A stretch of DNA of 63,120 nucleotides, the filler included, from Octopus bimaculoides (lineage: Eukaryota), in NCBI RefSeq assembly GCF_001194135.2. It is 4 parts of 4 records of this genome, joined end to end, with 100 filler letters (N's around TTAATTAATTAA, not from the genome) between each part and the next. Parts side by side here need not be neighbours in the genome. Positions count along the whole stretch, not along the records: positions 30,479 to 60,765 come from NC_068999.1; positions 60,866 to 63,120 come from NC_068988.1; 2 more parts are not named here. The stretch is one strand, 5' to 3'. The notes under the pieces are model-generated. The model was not told the DNA's origin. It saw nothing but the letters and a program-made list of their open reading frames with translations, and searched no databases. The position numbers were made by a program, and so were the translations under genes. How positions within the stretch are numbered: the stretch's first letter is position 1; every line of letters begins with the position of its first letter. Of the stretch, positions 53,201 through 63,120 are shown one piece after another.

Positions 53201-53444
53201 TCCCTCTCAACACATGGCTATAATGCTCCTCCACTACTTCTGCTCGTGATCAGAGATGCACATATCGTCAGCCACTAAGGGACATGCTCAACTGGTTAAG
53301 GCCCGAATATTTGATGCAGTCCATCTTTTGCACCATCACAAAACAATGTACATGATGACACTTCCCATAAGTTAGGATCAAAAGCCATGAGAGCCACTGC
53401 CCGGTACTGCATCAGGGCATTATTATCATTATTATTATTATTAC

Positions 53445-53478
<34 letters not shown>

Positions 53479-54187
53479 GTTGTTGTTGTTGTTGTTATTA
53501 TTATTACTACTACTACATTGGCATGTTAACGACAGTCTGGCAACATGCCAGCACCCGTGGGTGGGCGTCTATTGAAAAGAAGAATTTAGCAGTGATGAAA
53601 GAACAAGAGATATAGCCTAACGCAACTGACATGATAAAAAAATGGGAATATTGGTTTCGTGGAATTTGGATAAAATTTCAAATTTTCCATATGAAACTGC
53701 ATGTAGGAATGTCTCCATGAACTGTTTTGGGTCTGCAAGTTTGTTTCAAATATTTCCAGACATATATATTTCATCTAATCTTGGTGAATAACCTCAGGCA
53801 TATTAAGAGGGCTCCTCGAGTGCTTATTGCTGCCACCAAGGAATTTCAACTTCGTGATAATACTAGTAGCTTTCAAAATGTTATATGCATAACATATTTT
53901 TAATAAATTACTATTTGTAAATCTCACAACGAGAGATATTCAGCAACAGTACATTGGAGTAAAGATTGTTTGCCAACATAACATGGTAGTCCTGGTTTAG
54001 GATGAATGTTGCTGTAATTTAGCCCCAGGAGACATCGTCTCCAGCTGGCTATATGACACAATCTGTGTCCTTATATTTTCGAACAAGGGAATCTAGCACC
54101 CCCACTCAGCTCAAAACAATATCTGTGTATTGCGATTTCCGGGTTATTTCCCTTCATCAGTACAAAATAATATTCTTCTTCTTAAAA

Positions 54188-54555
54188 ACCGGTGAGTTGG
54201 TAAAGTTGTTAGCACTCGGAGCAAAATGCTTAGAAGCATTTCGGCCGTCTTTCGTTCTGAGTTCAAATTCCGCCGAAGGGGACTTTACCTGTCACTTTTT
54301 CGGGGTAGATAAAATAAGTACCACTTAAGTGACTTACACCTTGCTCCAAAATTTAAGCCAGTATTGTCCTACCTATTATATAGTTGCCCTGGTTTCTTTT
54401 TTTTTTAATGTACCAACAGAATAGTTGACACATGTTCGCCATTTTAACAATAATAATCCCATTTTTAAGGCGGCGAGCTGGCAGAAACGTTAGCACCCGG
54501 GTGAAATGCTTACCAGTATTTCGTCTGTCTTTATGTTCTGAGTTCTTTACGTTCT
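54188..54555 (+). mobile_element. Meta-type SINE plus a second SINE head
   Basis: ggtgagttggtaaagttgttagcac...gagttcaaattccgccg (54188-54360) and aaggcggcgagctggcagaaacgttagcac (54468-54555). Confidence 0.75.
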
Positions 54556-55933
54556 GAGTTCTTAGCCAACTCATTCCGTTTCTTTTTTCTACATTTTTCT
54601 CTTATGAACATCCCATAAATACGTTCCGACGCTTATAAAGATCCATCCTTTTTGTATCGGTGGCTACCATAGAAGAGTGCGCATTTTATCTAGCCAAACT
54701 ACACAAAATCTGTCTTTAGGAAATAAATGCAATCAATTTATTGTAAACTTTGTATATTTTAATAAGACATTTTGAATGTAATGGTTTCGCTTTAAAAACG
54801 AGAATTAAATTCTTACTTCTAGAACCATATCAGATTGAGTAGATAATAGAATCAATCAAAATTTCATTTCATAGCGCGAACGAAATTTAATTTAATGCAA
54901 TTATTTGATAAGATACGGCTTCAACATTGTGACACAGCCCCAGAGTGACTGAATGCAACAATTCTAAAGAAATCACGAAGAATTTCACTCTACAATAGAA
55001 TTTTTTAAAGACTTTGTTTAATTAGATGTTAATAAGCATTGAAATAGGCAAAAGTCAATCAAATTTGATAATCTGATTATCTGAATAATCGACCTTTTCA
55101 CCCGTTCTGAGTTAACACTATTTAACTGACAACTTAAAGTGTTACAACATCTCAAGACGAAACTTTTGTTATTAGTTTCGGTTTTAAAATAGTCTATCAA
55201 AGGTGACCTTTTATTTCTTTTGCTTTTGGTAATAAATGACCTGCCGTGTTACAAGAGACTAAATCTGCTTTACTTGGAGCTTGTTTATTGGATTCGATAT
55301 TAATTGGTCTCTGACATAACTTTCTGCCATAAATTATCGAATATTTCACAATATTAATCTGTTCAATCGTTTCTATGCGTCGGACGAAAATGTCAGGGTT
55401 CGCTAAAGTGCAGACTTCACCGACGGCTATTTACCCGCCATTAAAAACTATAGACAGCATCGCCATATCATGAATAGAACAATAAAAACAACAAATGCAG
55501 CTGTTGCTGCCATTACATATCTTGATGCTGACGATGATGATGATGATGATGGCTGACGATTATGATGATGGAAGCATAAAGTAACATTCACTTCGGCAAT
55601 CATAAATATTGCAGTTAATTCTATGCAATTATTCCGCACTACGACGCCATTTTCTATTTCTTTACTATCACACAATAAACTACATTATCGCGCCCCTGCA
55701 CTTCATTGCACTACAACCTCAAGCGTCACTTGGACAAAACTACCAGACAATGCTGTAGACTACTCAATCATTACACTAATGTATAGTAGGGTGTCTGTTT
55801 CTTAGGCGTAGCGACTACCAAGCTATGCTGTGCTTTCACATATCTTCTGTAATACAGTAAACTATATCAGGATACACTTTATTGCCACACATATCATAAG
55901 TAATTACTACCGTACACTAAATTGAACCTGTGA

Positions 55934-55966
<33 letters not shown>

Positions 55967-55987
55967 NNNNNNNNNNTGAACCTGTGA

Positions 55988-56019
<32 letters not shown>

Positions 56020-56954
56020 AGGCGTGCGTAGCGGTGACTAACGATTTTAAAACACTGAGTCAAAGTTACGTAAATGATAAATGCAGTTAGCTTTAAGTAA
56101 AACAAGAAAGACAACTCTGAAATCTAAATCGATGAAAAATTTAATGAATTTTTTTGCGTGAGATGGCATATTTATACGCTTAGATTCACTCATATAGACA
56201 TAGTGTGTGTGTGTGTGGCCAATTCATAAGAGAAACGGAAGTTCCGTGGAACAGTCTCACTAAGGTCCACCCTGCCATCCTGCGTACACTGAGAGAACGG
56301 AGGGAGCGACAAAGAGCTGCTTATCCACCGGATGAGACATCGACTTCTGTATTCGGAGACGGCCTACAGCAGCATCCGTGGCACGCTAATGTTTACCCTA
56401 AATGACAGGGCGCAGGGATAGACACAGGGAAAAGCTATGATGTATTAACCTCCGACGTTTTATTGTTTCTGAAGGCACAACACCTGCGGTTCCTTCATTT
56501 TATCACTTTACTGTCTTTTGAATAATATTAGATCAAAGCTTCCCAAGGTGGGTAGTAGCGAGTCCTGGTGGAGGAGATTTTATAGGGGTACTAAAAACAA
56601 AGAGTGATGTAGGGAGCGATAAATGTATTTGAAATTCTTTAAATCTTTGTTTTCTGTTTAAATGATAACTTTAAATTTTTGAAGGCACTTCTATGATAAA
56701 CTACTTGTTAATCGCTATCATAATGACATCATCATGAAGAACAATAGTATTCCGTGCGAATAAGTAAATAAGTAAAATCGGAAACATACTACGTAGGCAT
56801 GAAATTATAAACAATAAATAAAAGTATAATTCAAAATATATTACCAACATTTATAGGTATTTCCATACAAGCAATAAAGGCAGCCACAGTACCTGTCGTA
56901 TAAGGTAACGTCCCAATTCGTGTGTGCGTATATATGTGTGCGTGTGTGCGTGTG

Positions 56955-56999
<45 letters not shown>

Positions 57000-57461
57000 T
57001 TGTGTGTGTATGTGTGTGTGTGTGATTGGTTGAGCAGGTGGTTTATTAAATTTTGCTGAAAAAGAGTTGGTAAAAGAATGAGGGAGATAGTTTAAAACGT
57101 TTGTAAAGTACGGAATTAGATTCTTCAAGAAAGGTATCAAAGTGCGCATGCGTGGGCATGTGTGTGCGTGCGTGATCAAATAATCTGCTTGCGGGTTAGC
57201 ATTAGGTCAGTCTCGTTTGAATGAAAGCAGAAAAATGACCAACCGATTTCCAGCCACTTCCGGCCAGGACCCAATTCTCCTCTGCTGTTGTTTAATGCCC
57301 CATGCCCCAGGACTGCGTTAGCCAATGTGTCCTTTGATTTCTGAAACGCCACGAAGTCATTTAAGAAGATTTAGATGATATTAATAGCAAAGAAAACGAA
57401 CACACGGAGGCTCTTTCATTGAATCGAATAAAATAGTGTATACATGTGAAATATATGTATG

Positions 57462-57502
<41 letters not shown>

Positions 57503-57761
57503 GTATTATGTGTATGTGTGTCCATGTGTGTGTAGAGAAAGGAAAAGTAAAGTAGTGCCTGTGTTATATATAACTGTGTAAATAAATACACGGTACACAA
57601 GTCAAAGTAAAATATCAGCCTGCTTCATATTAAACTTCCTAAAAAGACTTACCAGGCTTAACATATACAAATATATATATACACTTGTACACACATACAC
57701 ACACACTCACACATACACGCACATATGTGTATATGTGTGTGTATATATATATGTGTGTGTG

Positions 57762-57793
<32 letters not shown>

Positions 57794-57877
57794 TGTATAT
57801 ATACGTATATGTATATATGTATACATATAAATATATATATATGTGTATATATATGTATGTATATATATATGCATGTA

Positions 57878-57913
<36 letters not shown>

Positions 57914-58664
57914 TANNNNNNNNNNATATATATATTTCTACGTGTTTCTATGTGCACGTACGCTTGCACACATATCCATTCATTTTTATGAACTACCACA
58001 GGGAACAATGGCAGCTCGTCTTGATAAAACAATCAGCTAGAAAAATGATGACGTACAGGAAAGAACAATCACCTTCACTAATGAGAAAACTAATTAGTGC
58101 TAATTTATCATCGTTCATTCCAGTCCTATATCATTTCATCCGATAATACAATGTCGGTGCTCTTTTGTTTATCTTATCTTGCAGACGTAATGAAAGAATA
58201 TTAGACATGGAAGGTCAGCCATTATTGTTTAGATCTCTCGACGTCTTGCCTTTTCAACAATTACGTTATACATCCCATATTGATTGGCGATTGGTCTCTA
58301 CCAGTGAATATGAGGCTTTAGATTAGTGAACTAGATTTTCGAAAATGTTTTCAATGAAAGATTTGCGTGTTGATTTACGGCGCCATTTTTGCATTTCTCC
58401 TCAAGGTATAATTGCTGTGCATTTTTCAATCATTCTCTCTGTGTCTTTCTCTCTGAATAGTCATTTCAATCGTCGATATATTTAATGCAATGGAGCGTTG
58501 AATTAAATATTTAGTTTCAGTCGACTTGGCTTTTCATTCCCCTGGGATGAAAATATAATGAAATATGAAGCGGTTTTCTATTAGAGTTTATTTAGATCCT
58601 CCATTACACACATTACGTATACAAAGAAAAAAAGTGAGTTCACATTGTATTATTTTACTCTTTC

Positions 58665-58935
58665 CCTTGACTTCGGCTATTGAATTCTGGCCATCCTGGA
58701 GCACCGCTTTTAGTTTATTCTTTTCTACTCTAGGCACAAGGCCCGACATTTTGGGGAAATAGGTGACCAGTAGATTAGATCGGGCCCAGTATGCAACTGG
58801 TACTTAATTCATCGACTCCGAAAGGATGAAAGGCAAAGTCGACCTCGGCGGAATTTGAACTCACCAAGTCAAGACAGAAGAAATACCGCTAGGCATTTCG
58901 ACCGGTGTGCTAACCATTCTGCCAGCTCGCCGCCT
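58665..58935 (-). mobile_element. Meta-type SINE preceded by another SINE tail fragment
   Basis: cccagtatgcaactggtacttaattcatcgactccgaaaggatgaaaggcaaagtcgacc...ccagctcgccgcc. Confidence 0.8.
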
Positions 58936-59340
58936 TCCGCTTTTAGCTTTTTACGTCGAACTTCATACTCTTTCTTGCACTTATTTTACCAACTTAATTG
59001 CAGGACGAAAGGCAGTCAGTTCGTCATGAGGACGGAGAGCAATCAAGTCAATAGAAATTAAGGAACGTGAATTGAAATACCACAAAATGCCTTTGCTCGC
59101 TCGAGGTTCTCATGTTTTCCCTTCGTATCTTGGACTCCAAGTGTCGCAACCTCACACAGTTGCTTAAACTCTCAATTCTTGATGGAGATGACAAAGTGAC
59201 GTCATAAAACTCTATACACCAGTCTCCTCCCCTACCGCGGTGTTATGCCATTCTTTGGGTTTTTCATAATGCTTGTTCTATCCTTGAAGTTTTCGACCGT
59301 AGTTTTCTCTCCCCACCTCCATTCTTGACAAATGGTATTT

Positions 59341-59828
59341 TCGACGAACTGACAGAACCATAAGCGTGTCAGACAAAATGCTTAGCGGCATTTCTTTTGA
59401 GGTTTTTTTTACATTCTAAGTTCAAATTCTGCCGGTATCGACTTTGCTTTTCTTCCTTGCGAGATCGATAAAATAAAATATGTGTTGAACAGGGGAGGCG
59501 GATCGATGTAATCGACTTGCCACCTCTGCAAAACCTGATGGCCTTCTGCCGAAATTTAAAACAAATAATTAAGCCAAAATTTCATGGTGTGGAAAATTCT
59601 TTCTAATTTTGCTACAAGGCAAGCAATTTTGAGGGGAAGGGGCATGTCGATTACATCGATCCCAGTATTTCACCAGTGCTTATTTGTTATCGATCCTGAA
59701 AGGATGAAAGGCAATATGAATGGTAAAATGTAACACTGTATGAATTTTAACTCAGAATGTAAAGAGCGGGAAAGAAACCACTAAGCATTTTGTCTGATGC
59801 TCTATCGATTCCGCAAGCTAGCCGCCTA
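59341..59828. mobile_element. Tail-to-tail inverted pair of Meta-type SINEs
   Basis: + copy 59341-59565 and - copy ~59600-59828, separated by ~35 bp. Confidence 0.75.
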
Positions 59829-60667
59829 GATGGTATCAAAAATCATAGACAGATAGCTGAAACTAAGCAATTTTGTATGTAAAATCCACTCTACCATCTC
59901 TCCGCCCATCCATTTCTCCGCCCCTGTTACTAGACGGTTTGACGGGGCAATGTCATCAGGCACATCCTCCATAGGGTCCTATCACAAGGAAACGTCATTA
60001 TCGTTTCTATTTGCAATCAAGGATGATTGTTCCCTCCTGGATCCGCTTCAGTGTCCCTGGGCATGCATCTGTGAGTTTCCACACCACGCCTCCCAGAAAA
60101 AAAAAAGTTGCAAGGTTATTGTTCGTTATACCAGGGTTTGATGGAGATGCAAAATATAGTTTTCCAACGGAGCCCTCTGTCTTAGTCACGAACGCATTCT
60201 TTGTTAACCCACGTCACGGTTATTTCTTCCAACTCTACCAATATTGCACTCTGCTGCTAATATCTTCATTTTCTCTTCTACTTGTTTCAGTCATTGGTCT
60301 ACGGCCATGCTGGTGCAACACCTAGAAGATCTTAGTCGGGTACTCAGGAGTAGCATCCATTAAATTTCTCAAGTTTATGTCGAAAATCATAATTAAGCAA
60401 CTCTAACTAGGGAGGAGGTTTCGAATCTAGGTTGCAACCACAGAGTTCAACAGTATATCGTTTTCTTGTACTAATCATTGTAAAAATAGACAAATTTCTA
60501 CGACCAAGCGTCGAAATTATCGATATCGTACATTTTATATTCGGTAGTAAGACAAAATGAGTAAAAAAACATTTATTTATTGATAAAAATGATGTATATT
60601 GTTATAATCATATTATACGACATTTTAACAAAGACAACATACAATACACATATAAGATATATACGAG

Positions 60668-60706
<39 letters not shown>

Positions 60707-60765
60707 GTGCAAATAAATAGATTTGTTATATATAAAAACACACAGACACACACAGACATACACAC

Positions 60766-60865
60766 NNNNNNNNNNNNNNNNNNNNNNNNNNNNNNNNNNN
60801 NNNNNNNNNTTAATTAATTAANNNNNNNNNNNNNNNNNNNNNNNNNNNNNNNNNNNNNNNNNNNN
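60766..60865. other. Artificial scaffold join N44-TTAATTAATTAA-N44
   Basis: Same 100-bp cassette, linker at 60810-60821. Confidence 0.95.
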
Positions 60866-60944
60866 AATAGCTAGATGCAAATGCAATTGTTAGTTCTCTA
60901 TGCAGCAGAAACGCGTGTCAGTTGTATTCAAATTATAAAACGTA

Positions 60945-61250
60945 AAGACCTCCATCGGTCATGAATGGCTATGGGATTGCATCTAGAAAATTCCCCTCCG
61001 AGGCACAAGTCCGGGCAAGGTTGTTTATGGAAGACCAGCAGCCTCCCTTCTTCACGCCACAGATGTTGTCCAAGGGAATGCAAAGGCCGATACAGTGACG
61101 TCGCAACTTATTTATACAGCTGAGTGAACTGGAGCAACGTGAAATAAAGTGTCTTGCTCAAGAACACAACACACAGCCTGGTCTGGGCATCGAACTCATA
61201 ACCTCATGATTATGAGCTCGACACTCTAGCCACTGAGCCATGCCCCTTCG
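60945..61250 (-). mobile_element. tRNA/CORE SINE (23094 family)
   Basis: tcggtcatgaatggctatgggattgc...aaataaagtgtcttgctcaagaac...cactgagccatgcccc. Confidence 0.85.
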
Positions 61251-62378
61251 CATTTAAACTATAAATGCTGTAAGCGAGTATACTAATCTCCGTATTAATT
61301 GCAATTGTCTTGGATTTACACTCCCGAAAATATTCATAATCCAGAGAAGCGAACTCAGGTTTTACCCATTTGATGCATTATAATGGGATTGCTCATTCTA
61401 AGTAACCCTGGGTGCTCTTTACAACTCGATGCGATTAACACCGGTATGTAGCTGTGAAAACAGCTTGAGAGGAGAATTTATTTAGGACTGAAGCGAGTCA
61501 AGTCCGAAAATATCACGCTAAAATTGGCTTCTTAAAAAGCCGTCGCTGCAGGAATTTTCTAGAATTTTCACGTGAACGCTTGACCTTCATTGATTGAAAA
61601 CGGGGTTTACACACATGGTTGATGCGTAGAAAGTGAAAATGAAATTAGCTGTGATAATACCTTCCTTAGTTTTACACTTTGTTTCTTCTCTTTTAATTTG
61701 GGTAACGTCTATTAATTTTTTTCCACATTTCTGCATTTCATAATTTACCCTATATACCGAATAGAAGTAGTTAGTTTTCAATAAGCATGATACATGAACT
61801 TTCTTGCGACTTCTCGTTTAACTCCGAGCAAGGCTGTCGCTAAGCCCCTGGAACCCCTGCTGCCGCAAGGGGCCTCCGTGGTTGAGGGGCCCAATGTTAG
61901 GATCAAACTACATAGATGAGCCACCTATTTACTTTGGTTAAGATGTTAACTGGAAACTTCAAGTCAAATGAGGAAAAAAAAAATACGAGGGTGTACCATA
62001 AATAAATTAAAAGAAACGAAAAAGGTAAAGGTAGGGGAAAAAAATAAAAGTAGGGAGATAAAAGAAAAACAAAAGAAATCCAAAACAATGAAAAAAAGAA
62101 CAACTTCAACAGAAAAGACAAGAAAAAGAAGCAACAGTGATGAAAAGTAGGGGATGTATACTTATACATACATACAAACATACACACAGGAATACGTACT
62201 TATACACACATATACATACATATACACACATATATACGACTGGCTTTTATCTGTTTCCATCTACCAACTCCATTCACAAGGCTTTGGCCAGCTCAGAGAG
62301 AGAGAGAGAGACGTGTACCAAACACGAACACGTCTCTTAGTCTCTCTGTCTCTCCCTCTTTCTTTATTCATTTCTCTA

Positions 62379-62446
<68 letters not shown>

Positions 62447-62712
62447 GCGTTGCTATTTGATATTGTTGTAAAGCTGGTCACTTTGTACCCAGAACAGTGG
62501 CCTTTGACCTCCTAAAGCAATAAAAACTTGATTTGAATTGAACTGGCGCATGAAAATGTAGTTCCACATGAAGAGATTACCAAGTTTATCAACATATTCA
62601 GCTTCAGTGGAAATCTCTTTAGTTTTGAGTAACACAAGTGTAGTCAAATATTGTATTTCCGATTAAAAACTTATGAAATGTTTTTGTTGTACTGGCATCA
62701 GAGTTTTAGATT

Positions 62713-63086
62713 TGTAGCAACGCCATGCGCATGCGTAGTCTCACGCATGCGTGGAATTAAACAAGCAAGCTTTCCCGCTTAATTCTACCTCTTTTTTGCT
62801 GGCCAGCATGAGCATGGACGTGTCAAGCAGTGTCTCCAACATTCCAACCTGGAGACAGTCTCTTTACGTGTTAAGCTGTCACTCTCCATCTTTCGGACTT
62901 ACACTCGACAGCTCGCTTACATCTACATAACAACGTTCCAACAACTATACTCATACACACAGAGCTGTAACAACAAGAGCTAAAGATGTATATATTTACC
63001 ACCTGAATAAATGTTGTTTAAGTTGATAGTCTGGAGTTCAGCGTTCCGTTTAATTTCTAATTTTATTTAGGAAAGTCAGGTATACA
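62713..63086 (+). mobile_element. Possible solo LTR
   Basis: Starts TGTA and ends TACA, ~375 bp, with AATAAA ~80 bp before the end. No matching TSD was found. Confidence 0.3.
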
Positions 63087-63120
63087 TCTAATGATGTATA
63101 ACCAACTTTCCTATAGATTC

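Noticed and set aside
55923-56020. Direct duplication tgaacctgtgagtgtatg(tg)n on both sides of a 10-N gap
   Set aside because: Almost certainly an unmerged contig overlap (assembly artefact).
60007-60189. Weak resemblance of a minus ORF to a transposase C-terminal region
   Set aside because: No intact WP..SPDL.P motif, too degenerate to call.

Overview
AT-rich, microsatellite-saturated and heavily gapped animal genomic DNA. The repeat families (tRNA-derived SINEs with CORE- or Meta-like cores, RTE LINE 3' ends with (GAT)n tails, Penelope and mariner relics) point to an octopus genome. I recognised these by eye, not by database search. There is one convincing protein-coding piece: a first coding exon on + (11971-12317) encoding a signal-peptide-like N-terminus that resembles the TTC17 family. 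It is followed by a very long intronic region in which I cannot firmly place later exons. About 2 kb upstream, on the minus strand, is an apparently non-coding spliced gene (exons 9622-9558, 9443-9271, 8799-8647, possibly more). It has a TATA/TCT-like start, and its second intron contains a candidate box H/ACA snoRNA/scaRNA (9012-8887). This putative snoRNA host gene is the most interesting signal. The rest is mostly decayed transposons, simple repeats and three artificial 100-bp scaffold joins (N44-TTAATTAATTAA-N44). Nearly all long ORFs in the supplied track are artefacts of N-runs or microsatellites.
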